A DNA stretch of 64,000 nucleotides from an uncultured Hyphomicrobiales bacterium. Lineage in GTDB: Bacteria > Bacteroidota > Ignavibacteria > Kapaibacteriales > UBA2268. The notes under the pieces are model-generated. The model was given only the letters and a program-made list of their open reading frames with translations. It was not told where the DNA came from and ran no database searches. The stretch lies in contig CAZDXB010000005.1 of NCBI GenBank assembly GCA_964509335.1, positions 16,926 through 80,925 of the forward strand, written 5' to 3'. The position numbers were made by a program, and so were the translations under genes. The stretch's first letter is position 1, and every line of letters begins with the position of its first letter. Positions 49,123 through 58,690 of this stretch are shown here, piece by piece.

Positions 49123-49995
49123 TTACTCAAACTCTTTTAAAGCTTCTTCGCAGTAGCTTCTATACGAGCATTTTGGTAGTTTCTTGATGTTGATCTCGCA
49201 AGTTTCGGCGTCGATATAATTCATCAAAAGGGCTATCTCTTCCAAACAAGCTATCTTTCTGCCCTGCCTTTTTTCAACCATATAAATGAACATTCCCGCC
49301 TCTATCAAGCTTTCCGGCGAGCCTGTGTCCAGCCAAGCTATTCCCCTGCCGATAGTTCCGACTTTCAATTTGCCTCGCTTTAGATATTCTTTCTGTACGT
49401 CCGTTATCTCTAACTCGCCTCTCGCGCTGGGGCTTATGTTTTTCGCTATTTCAACTACGTCTTTGTCGAATATATACAAACCGGGAATAGCGAAATTCGA
49501 TTTAGGCTTTTGGGGTTTTTCTTCAATGCTTAAGACTTCTTTGTTTTTTCCGAACTCAACCACTCCATAGGCTTTTGGGTTTTTTACCGGATAACCGAAT
49601 ATAGTTCCTCCCTCGTTTTGCTCTAAAGCGCTTCTAAAAAAATCCAATTTGCCGTAAAAAATATTGTCGCCTAAAATCAAGCAAACTTGGTCGTCGCCTA
49701 TAAAATCCGCGCCGTAAATGAACGCCTCGGCAATGCCTCCGGGTTTCTCTTGGACTTTGTAACTTAGATTTACTCCGTATCGAGAGCCGTCGCCTAAAAG
49801 CTTCTCGTAATTCGGCGTGTCTTTCGGCGTCGATATAATTAATACGTCTCTGATTCCGCCCAGCATCAATATCGCTAAAGGATAATAAATCATTGGCTTA
49901 TCGTAAACGGTCTGAAGCTGTTTGCTAAAAACGGCGGTCATTGGAAACAGTCTCGTGCCGCTGCCTCCGGCTAAAATAATTCCTTTTGTTTTCAT
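49123..49995 (-). CDS. rfbA: Glucose-1-phosphate thymidylyltransferase
   Basis: KGIILAGGSGTRL, YDKPMIYYPL, LGDNIF, SARGELEITD, WLDTG. Confidence 0.97.
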   Translation of the reverse strand: MKTKGIILAGGSGTRLFPMTAVFSKQLQTVYDKPMIYYPLAILMLGGIRDVLIISTPKDTPNYEKLLGDGSRYGVNLSYKVQEKPGGIAEAFIYGADFIGDDQVCLILGDNIFYGKLDFFRSALEQNEGGTIFGYPVKNPKAYGVVEFGKNKEVLSIEEKPQKPKSNFAIPGLYIFDKDVVEIAKNISPSARGELEITDVQKEYLKRGKLKVGTIGRGIAWLDTGSPESLIEAGMFIYMVEKRQGRKIACLEEIALLMNYIDAETCEINIKKLPKCSYRSYCEEALKEFE

Positions 49996-50140
49996 AGTTA
50001 TTCAGATTTATTCAACTAGTCGCTACGCGAAAATATTATTTTTTTTGTCTATATAGCAAATTATTTCATTCAGATATTGTAATTAACGACCGATTTAATA
50101 AATTAGGAAATTGAATCTTGTAAATAACGAGACAAATTAT

Positions 50141-51085
50141 ATGGACAAACTATTATCGGTTTATTTCAGTAGCCACAGGACATATTTAGCGGTTGTCGAA
50201 AGAAACGGCAAAGGTTTGCGACTCGATTACGTAAACTCTACGACTCAACCTATCGATTTAGAGGCTCCCGAGGACGGTCGCAACGAAGAAGCCGCCGAGG
50301 AATTAAAAGAGCTGTTGCGGGATTTAGACAAAGACATTACTCGCGTCGCGATATCTTTGCCCGCCGACTCTGTTTTAGTAACTAAAATTCCCGGTAAAAA
50401 GACAACGCCTTACGACGAAATTCAGAAACTCGTAGAACTAGAGATTAGACAAGCTTATCCCCAATTTAATTACGAGGATTTCATACCTTCAGCGGTCAAT
50501 TTCGCTCCGAAACTCGACGGAAAAGAGGTTATGCTTGCCACTATAATACCGAAACAGAATTTTGTTGCTAGTCGCAATATATTAAACGAAGTATTAGAAA
50601 AGCCGATAACAAATATAGAAATAAGCCAGTTAAACGCTCATTCAGCGTTTCTTTATAATTATCCGAAGCGCAAAAAGGAGAGCGTCGCGATATTGGGTGT
50701 CGGCGATAATTTCGTGGACGTAAGCGTTTTAAAATCGGGCGAATTGGTTTATTACAGTCTATCCCGACTCGACGACCCCGAAGAAATTGCCGACGTTTGT
50801 TTGGAAGAGTTCGACCAAATTACAGAGAAATACGTTGAAGAGCTGCATTCCGCGTACTTTTTCGGCGAAGGATTGAATATAGACGCTTTGGTAATAGCGC
50901 AGTCTTTGTTAACAGAAAAAGTTCCAAATATCGGAAAGTTGAACGCGTTTCGAATGTTCACTTCTAACCTTAGCGAGCGCGAAAGACAGTATTGCTCTCG
51001 TTCGGCGCATATTTTCCCGCCTTGCATCGGCGGGTGTTTGCCTCCTATTCATAAAAAAATTAAGCTATACGGCGACAACGCTTAG
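50141..51085 (+). CDS. PilM-like (actin-fold) protein
   Basis: VAISLPADSVLVTKIP, ELEIRQ..P, VAILGVGDNFVDVSV pattern; weak similarity only. Confidence 0.55.
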   Translation: MDKLLSVYFSSHRTYLAVVERNGKGLRLDYVNSTTQPIDLEAPEDGRNEEAAEELKELLRDLDKDITRVAISLPADSVLVTKIPGKKTTPYDEIQKLVELEIRQAYPQFNYEDFIPSAVNFAPKLDGKEVMLATIIPKQNFVASRNILNEVLEKPITNIEISQLNAHSAFLYNYPKRKKESVAILGVGDNFVDVSVLKSGELVYYSLSRLDDPEEIADVCLEEFDQITEKYVEELHSAYFFGEGLNIDALVIAQSLLTEKVPNIGKLNAFRMFTSNLSERERQYCSRSAHIFPPCIGGCLPPIHKKIKLYGDNA

Positions 51086-51094
51086 TAACTCGCT

Positions 51095-51646
51095 ATGCGA
51101 ATAATTAGCGGAAAATACGGCGGCAAAAAAATAAAAAGTTCTATTCCAGCTTCGATAAGACCCACCGAAGAAATCGTAAGGGAAGCGGTTTTCAATAAAT
51201 TGAACAATCTAATTGATTTAGCCGAGCTTTGCGTCGCCGACGTCTGCGCGGGAACGGGGGCTATGGGATTCGAAGCTATTAGCAGGGGAGCTTCGCTTTG
51301 CGTTTTTTTTGAAAAAGACCGCCGAACCGCGAAACTAATTGATAAAATCGCCGCCGAAATCGGAGTAGATAAAGGATTTTATCAAACAATAGTTGGAAAC
51401 GCCTCTGAAACAATCTATAAAAAAGAGGCGGAAACTTTTGATTTGCTTTATTTCGACCCGCCTTATAAATATTCGAAATCAAACGAAATACTTCAAGCCA
51501 TAGAATTAAGCGACGCTATAAAAAACGACGGCGTTGTTTTAGCCGAACGCTCGACCTACGCCAGATATTTATATCCCGATAATTGGAATTTGTTTGACAG
51601 CCAAAAGTTCGGCGATACGGAAATCGATTACCTTAAAATCGTTTAA
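51095..51646 (+). CDS. rsmD: 16S rRNA m2G966 methyltransferase
   Basis: MRIISG..RPT..VREAVFN, DVCAGTGAMGFEAISRGA, FDPPY. Confidence 0.93.
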   Translation: MRIISGKYGGKKIKSSIPASIRPTEEIVREAVFNKLNNLIDLAELCVADVCAGTGAMGFEAISRGASLCVFFEKDRRTAKLIDKIAAEIGVDKGFYQTIVGNASETIYKKEAETFDLLYFDPPYKYSKSNEILQAIELSDAIKNDGVVLAERSTYARYLYPDNWNLFDSQKFGDTEIDYLKIV

Positions 51647-51674
51647 AAAACTTAATTGCTAATTATTTACACAT

Positions 51675-51713
51675 AAAAAAAGGGGGAGCCTCGAAATTGA
51701 GACTCCCCTCTTT
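51675..51713. terminator. Bidirectional intrinsic terminator between convergent genes
   Basis: A-run, GGGGAGCCTC-GAAATT-GAGACTCCCC, T-rich tail. Confidence 0.75.
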
Positions 51714-51742
51714 CATTAACCAAAAGGGAGAAACGTTATAAC

Positions 51743-54700
51743 TTATCTAATTATAATCATTTCTTTCGTTTGCTTAACGACGTCGCCGCCGCTCTTAATC
51801 GTCAGTTCGTAGTAATATACGCCTTGCGAAACAGGCTCTCCGAACTTATCCAAGCCGTCCCAAGACTCAAGATAAATTCCTCGCGCTCTGTAGCTATTGT
51901 CGATTATCGTCTTTGTCAATTCGCCGAATACATTGTAAAGCTTCAACGTAACCGTAGCGTTTTCTTTAAGAGCGAACTTAAAGGTTACCGCCCCGGCAGT
52001 CGGATTAGGATAACCGAGGAATTGCGATAAGTATTTGCTGGCGTCGCCAACGGAACCGGAAGTAGTAACGATAATGTAGTCTTCTTTCGTTTCAGCGTCG
52101 GTTTCTTCGCCGTCGGATACTTCAAGCGTTACCGTAAATGTTCCAGCGTTATTATAAGTATATTCTGGTTCCGGGGCGTCGCTTTCGCCGCCGTCGCCGA
52201 AGCTCCACAACCATGATGTTGGCTCCCCTGCCGATAAATCGGCAAACTGAACTGTCAGCGGTTTCTCGCCGGAAGTAGGCTCGGCTGAGAAGTCGGCTAC
52301 CAAACTATCGCCGCTAGGAGAAACCGTAATATAGCTTTCTTTTAGTAAGCTGTCGATTTCTTCGGAATTCTGGACGACTAGCAGAACGTCGTATTCACCT
52401 GCTGATTCATAAGTATGAGTAGGATTTCGCTCGTCGTCCATATCGTTTCCGTCGCCGAAGTCCCAATGCCAAGCGGTCGGCGCCGTTCCGCCCGTCGATT
52501 CGTCCGTAAACGTTACCTCGAGAGGAGCTTCGCCGAAAGTCGGGTCTGCAGAGAACGCGGCAACTAGCGGTTCTTTAACCGTAATCAACGACGATTTTGT
52601 TTCAGTGTCGCTTTCGTCGCCGCGATTTATAGTTAACTGAACCGTGTATATACCGGGTTCTTCGTAAGTGTAACTTGGTTCTTCCTCGTCGCTTGAGCCT
52701 CCGTCTCCGAACGACCAATTGTAAGATTCGGGATTACCCGTAGATAGATTAGTGAACTGTATTGTCAAAGGAGCGTAGCCTTCGGTCTCGTCAACTTCGA
52801 AATCAGCGTTCAACTCGCCTTGAACCGTTATATAGGATTCTTTAGCAAGCCATTCGGAAGTTACCGTTCCTGATTCGAGAGCGGATTCGGCATTCTCTAT
52901 ATAAATTATACCTTGCAGCTTTACGTCGTAAACGCCGCCGGCAGTATATGTGTGTTGAGGATTTTCTTCATGGCTTCTCATACCGTCGCCGAAGTCCCAA
53001 TTCCAGTCGAATTCAACCGTAGTAGCGGTAGAACTAGCGTAGGAAGCTGGAATTTCAGTGGAAGAAAGATTCTCGAATTGAACGGTAAGAGGAGCGCCGC
53101 CTTCGGTAGTGTCCACTTGGAAATCCAAATCGTTTATCACGACGTAGAAGTTTTTAAGCTCTTCTATTTCGTGCGTATCGTTTTCTAAGCTCAAGTGAAC
53201 TGTGTAAGTCCCCGAGTTGTCGTAAGTGTTTACCGGATTATGTTCGGAACTGTAATTGCCGTCGTCGAAATTCCATTCGTATGTTGGGTCGGTGTTTTCT
53301 ATTGTTGATTTATCCGTAAACGTTACAGTATGCGGAGCGTATCCAACAAGATATTTACCTGAGAAATCGGGGACCATATTAAAGACGCTAACGGTACTTT
53401 CCGTACTGTCTAAGCTCCCATAATAATCCCAACAGAGACCTACAAGATCGTAATTGCCGATATCTTCTTCGCCCGGCGCCCATCTAAAGTCGGCGGTTCC
53501 GTCGCCGTTATTTAGGAAAGAGAGTCCGGTTGGGTCGTCGTAGAATTTCGAAGAGTCCGTATCCCAGAGATACCAATCGTAGAAAGTAGTGTCTCTCTGT
53601 CCTAAAGTTAAATCGTCGTCGGACGCTGATAAAGTTTTCTGCATAAATTCATTGTCGCCGACGTTTAGATTGTATCCGGCGCCAAAGCCTTCTTCGATTT
53701 CCGGAGCGAAAGTGTCGTAGCTAACGTAAATCGGAATCCTCCAAGTCCAAGGCGCGAATCCGTCGGAAGGATCGGTACTCGACACTTCTAATTCAAGATA
53801 GTGCAATCCGACGTCGTCGCGTCCTAAATTAGCGTTTGTATTGAAAGTATAAGTAGCCGAATTGTTGCCGTCGCGGTCGGATTCGTTAAAATCAGCCCAG
53901 TCGAACAAAGTTTGAGGAACGAGTTGAGGCTGCCCGTTGGCTAACCAATCGCCGCCGCCGGGGAATTGTCCCTGCCAAGTTTTTAAATCGACCGAAAATT
54001 GTTGTCCGTTATGAATGAACCAAGGCGCGAATCCAGTCGAATCTACCGCTTCTGCGGCGACTCGCTGATTCCAGGTGGAATCGAACGGCATTTGTTTGCT
54101 GGCTATGGTAAAGTCAAATTGCTTCCGAACGAATAGACCGTCCGGGTCGTAATCGACGTTGATTTTATACCAAGCCCTTCTCTGCTCCGAGCCGTCGCAA
54201 GGCCAGCCGGTGGCGCAGACTTTAAACCAAGTTGTGTTTCCTAATTTTACGGGGTTGCCAACTACCGAAGGTCCTTCCGATAACGGTTCGCCGGCTGTGA
54301 AAGAAAAGCCTAAGGAAATGTTCGTAACGGGTTTTGAGCCGCAGTCCTTAACTCCGACCCAAATACATTTTTCTTCTTCGCATTGAATATAAACAATTTT
54401 GGGATAGACTAATTGAACGCATTTTTCAGGTTCGGGACCTCCGCCGGGAGGAGGAGGCGGCGGAATTGAATCGGGAGGCAAAGAATCGGGCGGGTTTTTA
54501 CCCTTGCGTCCGTTGCGACCTCTGCCGCCGGCGCCGAACCACCAATCTTCGGTTTCGCCCAGTGTCCAACCGGAACCGGACCTTTTGCCTTCCCAAGGAG
54601 AAGGAACGGGTCCAGTAGTAAGAGTTACTCTAACCCAAACGGGTAAAAGTAATAAATCGCTCCCGAAACCGAACGGACCAAAACTAAATCCTAGAGTAGT

Positions 54701-55174
54701 ATCCGCCGGGCAGTGAACGATTTTGTTTTGAACGACCCAGTTGGGGTCGGGGTCGTCGTCAAAGTCCAAGTCGTTGTCAACGTCTATCGCAACGTTGACG
54801 TAAATGTCTTGACTGGGATTATGCGCCGAGTTAGTCGCTATCGGCACCGTAATTTGAGACGGCGCTGGAATACCAATCAGCAAAATAAAAATAAACGGCT
54901 GCCCGTCGTCGTTGTCTCGGTCAACGATAAGCGCGTCGTCTTCTAAATCGGTAGTATTTGTTCCGTCGTAGGTGTCCGGCTTTTCTAGCCAAAATGTCGT
55001 TTCGTCGGCTCTAAAGTGTTTGGGACCTTGATTTGCGTCAAGGGTTGGAAACAAGCCGTATCCGCCCCACCATTTCGCAGAATCGTCTGGAGCGTCTCCG
55101 AAATCCGCTTCAGATTGCGCGAATAAAGACGCTGAAAAGGCGATTGTCAAGAGAAAGAGTAGTAGTTTTTTCAT
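51743..55174 (-). CDS. Secreted GEVED-type domain protein with Pro-rich linker, five PKD domains and FlgD/T9SS-type C-terminal domain
   Basis: DFGDAPD...GETEDW; five W(D/S/N)F(G/D)DG PKD units; YPNP..WDGLDKFG..GVYYY. Confidence 0.88.
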   Translation of the reverse strand: MKKLLLFLLTIAFSASLFAQSEADFGDAPDDSAKWWGGYGLFPTLDANQGPKHFRADETTFWLEKPDTYDGTNTTDLEDDALIVDRDNDDGQPFIFILLIGIPAPSQITVPIATNSAHNPSQDIYVNVAIDVDNDLDFDDDPDPNWVVQNKIVHCPADTTLGFSFGPFGFGSDLLLLPVWVRVTLTTGPVPSPWEGKRSGSGWTLGETEDWWFGAGGRGRNGRKGKNPPDSLPPDSIPPPPPPGGGPEPEKCVQLVYPKIVYIQCEEEKCIWVGVKDCGSKPVTNISLGFSFTAGEPLSEGPSVVGNPVKLGNTTWFKVCATGWPCDGSEQRRAWYKINVDYDPDGLFVRKQFDFTIASKQMPFDSTWNQRVAAEAVDSTGFAPWFIHNGQQFSVDLKTWQGQFPGGGDWLANGQPQLVPQTLFDWADFNESDRDGNNSATYTFNTNANLGRDDVGLHYLELEVSSTDPSDGFAPWTWRIPIYVSYDTFAPEIEEGFGAGYNLNVGDNEFMQKTLSASDDDLTLGQRDTTFYDWYLWDTDSSKFYDDPTGLSFLNNGDGTADFRWAPGEEDIGNYDLVGLCWDYYGSLDSTESTVSVFNMVPDFSGKYLVGYAPHTVTFTDKSTIENTDPTYEWNFDDGNYSSEHNPVNTYDNSGTYTVHLSLENDTHEIEELKNFYVVINDLDFQVDTTEGGAPLTVQFENLSSTEIPASYASSTATTVEFDWNWDFGDGMRSHEENPQHTYTAGGVYDVKLQGIIYIENAESALESGTVTSEWLAKESYITVQGELNADFEVDETEGYAPLTIQFTNLSTGNPESYNWSFGDGGSSDEEEPSYTYEEPGIYTVQLTINRGDESDTETKSSLITVKEPLVAAFSADPTFGEAPLEVTFTDESTGGTAPTAWHWDFGDGNDMDDERNPTHTYESAGEYDVLLVVQNSEEIDSLLKESYITVSPSGDSLVADFSAEPTSGEKPLTVQFADLSAGEPTSWLWSFGDGGESDAPEPEYTYNNAGTFTVTLEVSDGEETDAETKEDYIIVTTSGSVGDASKYLSQFLGYPNPTAGAVTFKFALKENATVTLKLYNVFGELTKTIIDNSYRARGIYLESWDGLDKFGEPVSQGVYYYELTIKSGGDVVKQTKEMIIIR

Positions 55175-55391
55175 AACTGTTATTTATTATTGTAAAACAA
55201 ACTGATTTTCGCTCAATATACTCAAAAATTCTCTCTTTGTCCTATTTGGGGGCAGTTCTTTCCTTACTGTTATTTTAATAATTTCCAATTCTGAAAATTT
55301 ATTAATATTACTTTAATCAATTTAACTAAATAAATTTTTTTTTGCAAGAATAAATATCATATTGCCGCGCAGACATATATCGCGAAAAAAC

Positions 55392-55421
55392 AAAAAAATC
55401 CCGACGCAAGCGACGGGATTT
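55392..55421 (-). terminator. Intrinsic terminator of the TonB-dependent receptor gene
   Basis: AAATCCCG..CGGGATTT stem; the A-run gives a U-tail on the minus strand. Confidence 0.7.
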
Positions 55422-55448
55422 CATTTAATCGCCATATTTAATAAGAGA

Positions 55449-57467
55449 TTAAATCCTCACTAATACGCCGCCCAAAAGCGTCCTGCCGGGATTAGGCAAT
55501 CCGATTTTCGTATAAGACGCTTCGTCCAACAAATTATCGACTCTTATGTATAACTCCGAATAGGCGGCGGCGGCTATTTTTAATTTGTAAGCAAACCTAA
55601 GGCTTAAACTCATAAACGAATCCAATTTCTCGTATTCGTCGCTCGGTCCGATTCCCCAGCGTTCGCCGACGTATTTGATTTCCGCTTGCGGAGTAAATCC
55701 GAAATGGAAATCGTATTTGGCGGTTAAAAACGCTAAAACTTGCGGTTTATATTCCAAATGTTCGATTTCCTCGCCGGTTTTGTTTTCGCCGCTGGAATTC
55801 ATATACGTCGCGTAGCCGTCGATATAGAACGAGTTCGCGGGATTATAGCGGAACGAAAACTCCGCGCCCGAAATTAAAGATTGGGAAAAATTTACTCGCA
55901 TTTTACGTCTGAGCGAATCTTCCTCCTCGCTCAAGCGCGTCTTTTGCATTAAGTCGTCGTAAAAACTCGCGAAGCCGGTAAATTTCGCGTAGAAATCTCC
56001 GTAGTTGAAATTCAATCCGAGTTCGTTTATAACGCCGCTTTCCGGTCTCAAATTGGGATTCACCTTAAACTTGCCTAAAGCGCCGGAATAGGATTCTCTC
56101 ATAGTCGGGAAGCGCGTCCTTCGGCTAACGTTGGCAAACAATCCGATTTTTCGCGTCAGGTCGTATCGCGCTCCGAAAAAGCCAGCCCAATCGCCTTGCG
56201 AGCTTCCTTCAAATTCGGTGAAAACGCCCGTTTTCGGCGTCGAATTGTAATCGTAGCCCGCGCCGGCGTTTAAAAATAAATCGCCCAGACTTATTTTATA
56301 CTCCAAACCGCTACTCAGTAAATTCTGCTCGAACTCCGATTTCTCTTCGCCGTCGGTTACAATCGTCTCTTCGTGCCGCGAATTCAAGCCGTTTAGAACG
56401 AAACTCAAAGTTTGCTCGTCCGTTAGCGAATACGAGAAAGCGGCTCTCGCGCCGAGCGTCAAATCGTCGTCGCGCTGCTTTTCATCGATAGTCGAATAGC
56501 TCAAGCCTTCGTAAGAATCAATGGCTTGGTCGAACTTGTCGAGCCAAAAAGTCGATTTGAATTTCAAATTCTCGTCGAAAGAAAAAGTATGCTCGGCGTT
56601 AAGCGTCGCTATGGTTCTTTTCCATTCGGGATAGCGCCAATAACGAAAATCTGAGGGACCGCCTTCGGTCAGCGGAGCTACTCCTTTTTCGGCGTTAATG
56701 TGATTGAGCGACAAGCCCAAAGCCGTTTTATCGGCTAATCTATATTCCAATCGGGCGTACGCGTTAATCCTTTCCTTGTCCGTATTCGTTCTCAAATAAG
56801 AATTTTCCGATTGATTCTCTAAACCAGAATCGTAGAATTCGTTCGGCAGTATAGCGCCGTCGCTGGCGTAATACGAAAAATTCGCTATGTAGTTTAAATT
56901 GCCGCTTCTGCCGTCGGTTGTAATAGAAGCGTATTTCGAAGCGCCGTCGCCGGCTTGCAAGCGCGCTTGCGCGCCGTAGCCGTCGCTTTTGCGCTCAATC
57001 GTGTTTACGGATACGGCGCCGCCCAAAATATTCGGTCCATATAATACCGAGCCGGCTCCTTTGTCCGTTCTAATCATTCCAATTATATCGGACGGAATCA
57101 TCTCAAAATCCATCCGATTATCCCAAGGGACGTTCATATAAGCGCCGTCGAGAAAAAGCCCCAATTGCCTTTCGCCCGAACCTCTAAGATAAACGAGCGT
57201 CTGACCGCGGGAATTCGTTTGGACGAAAGCCGACGGTATCGACGCGGCAATGTCGGCGACGGAAGGCGCGTCCCTTTTCTGGATTTCGTAATAATAAGTA
57301 TTGTTTATGCTCGACGTCGATAATTTTTCTATTGGTTTATCGGAGACCGCCGTAATCTCCCCTAATTTATAGGTTTTTAACGAATCGAAATCGACGTCTT
57401 TCTTCGCTAAAACTTTTGAAGAAAAAGCTATAGAGCAAATTAATAATATATAAGTCAGTTTTTTCAT
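55449..57467 (-). CDS. TonB-dependent receptor
   Basis: Plug motifs YLRG..LFLDG, KGAGSVLYG..GGAVSV; NPNLRPE; VDNLLD..PGRT. ATG 57467 gives a normal signal peptide. Confidence 0.93.
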   Translation of the reverse strand: MKKLTYILLICSIAFSSKVLAKKDVDFDSLKTYKLGEITAVSDKPIEKLSTSSINNTYYYEIQKRDAPSVADIAASIPSAFVQTNSRGQTLVYLRGSGERQLGLFLDGAYMNVPWDNRMDFEMIPSDIIGMIRTDKGAGSVLYGPNILGGAVSVNTIERKSDGYGAQARLQAGDGASKYASITTDGRSGNLNYIANFSYYASDGAILPNEFYDSGLENQSENSYLRTNTDKERINAYARLEYRLADKTALGLSLNHINAEKGVAPLTEGGPSDFRYWRYPEWKRTIATLNAEHTFSFDENLKFKSTFWLDKFDQAIDSYEGLSYSTIDEKQRDDDLTLGARAAFSYSLTDEQTLSFVLNGLNSRHEETIVTDGEEKSEFEQNLLSSGLEYKISLGDLFLNAGAGYDYNSTPKTGVFTEFEGSSQGDWAGFFGARYDLTRKIGLFANVSRRTRFPTMRESYSGALGKFKVNPNLRPESGVINELGLNFNYGDFYAKFTGFASFYDDLMQKTRLSEEEDSLRRKMRVNFSQSLISGAEFSFRYNPANSFYIDGYATYMNSSGENKTGEEIEHLEYKPQVLAFLTAKYDFHFGFTPQAEIKYVGERWGIGPSDEYEKLDSFMSLSLRFAYKLKIAAAAYSELYIRVDNLLDEASYTKIGLPNPGRTLLGGVLVRI

Positions 57468-57556
57468 TTTCCTATCCTTTCGTTTTTTTACTTCAACCGT
57501 TCGCATAAAATTGAATGTCGTCAAAACTTGATTTTATAAAATTCCGAATCCTTTCG

Positions 57557-57731
57557 GTAACGGGCAGACACACTGGTCTGCCCCCTACGTTTATTCTGGT
57601 TTATGATGCTGTCTAAAAAGTATTAAAAAGCGTTTTCTAATATTTACTTGTCAAAACAATCATTATTACTGGATTCCCGCTTTCGCGAGAATGACTTACG
57701 GAGGTCATTCCCAACTTGATTGGGAATCCAG
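57557..57731. repeat. GTAG-type REP plus an inverted pair of GTCATTCCC..GGGAATCCAG (CGTC/dRS3-like) REPs
   Basis: GGGCAGAC-ACACTG-GTCTGCCC-CCTAC; CTGGATTCCCGCTTTCGCGAGAATGAC (57669-57695); GTCATTCCCAACTTGATTGGGAATCCAG (57704-57731). Confidence 0.85.
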
Positions 57732-57810
57732 AGAAAACAATTTCTTTGGAATTATATTATTAGAAACTGCAAAAACAGCGATAGAATCGAGTTTCTTATT
57801 TGACGGAGAC

Positions 57811-58374
57811 TCATAAAACGCCGCTTTTTTGGCAGTTCAATACTTTATAGGATAAAAAATTCGGGGGAGGCGTCGGAATTTCCATTATTGTTTGATTTGG
57901 CTTAAATTCGTCGTTAAACTCGAACGAACGTTTTATCTTGTCGAATAAATCGAATAAATTATCTTGGTAAATTCCGGAAACAAGGAAGGAATATATCAGT
58001 TTTAAGATGTTCTTTAGCGGGACTTTGTCTTGAGTCTGCGAATCCACGCAATTCGTAAGATTATCGAATAGTTTCTCTTCTTTTTTATCGTTTATACAAT
58101 GGACTACAAGTTTTTCGCCAATTTTTTCTTTCCTCAAAACGTCGAACATCATTCCTTGATAACGGAACTCTTTTTCGTGTATCCACTGTATTTTATCTAA
58201 ATCCGAAGCGGAAAATTCAAAATTAACTATAAGTTCTTTCGGCGGATTCTGTTTCAGAAGACGCTCGGCGTCCTCTTTGGCGAGCTTCTTAGCATAAAAG
58301 AACAGGAACAAAAAGCCCGCCGAATTAAAAATTAGCGCCGAAATCAGCGCCGCCGATATTAACTTTCTCAACAT
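57811..58374 (-). CDS. Hypothetical protein with N-terminal TM and C-terminal PTPPP motif (DUF2946-like leader candidate)
   Basis: KEFRYQGMMFDV, HCINDKKE, EIPTPPPNF; directly upstream of the TonB-dependent receptor. Confidence 0.7.
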   Translation of the reverse strand: MLRKLISAALISALIFNSAGFLFLFFYAKKLAKEDAERLLKQNPPKELIVNFEFSASDLDKIQWIHEKEFRYQGMMFDVLRKEKIGEKLVVHCINDKKEEKLFDNLTNCVDSQTQDKVPLKNILKLIYSFLVSGIYQDNLFDLFDKIKRSFEFNDEFKPNQTIMEIPTPPPNFLSYKVLNCQKSGVL

Positions 58375-58452
58375 ATTCCTAAGTTCTCAAACAAACCAAA
58401 AGAAATAAAAGCGGAGTTCGAATGGGACTGTCTCACAACTGTCATTTTGCTT

Positions 58453-58542
58453 GACCTCAAGGTAAACCTTGAGGTTGACGTCTCTCTTGAAACGCTCTTC
58501 AATCGCGTGTTTATGTCAACCTTCGGGTTTACCCGAAGGGTT
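58453..58542. repeat. Inverted pair of hairpin repeats
   Basis: GACCTCAAGGTAAACCTTGAGGTTGAC (58453-58479) and GTCAACCTTCGGGTTTACCCGAAGGGTT (58515-58542). Confidence 0.8.
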
Positions 58543-58690
58543 CGAAAATCAATATAATTGAGCCTTGAGACGCCCCTACCGTCCAATTCGTTTTCTTTTA
58601 TGTTCGATTTTATTATCATATCAAATCTATAGACGATTTCTTACGCAAATCTATTCTATATTACTTATCTTAGCAAAATTTTCAGAAAAA

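Noticed and set aside
57468-57810. Cobalamin or other riboswitch ahead of the TonB-dependent receptor
   Set aside because: No B12-box or other aptamer consensus seen; the hairpins are explained by REP families.
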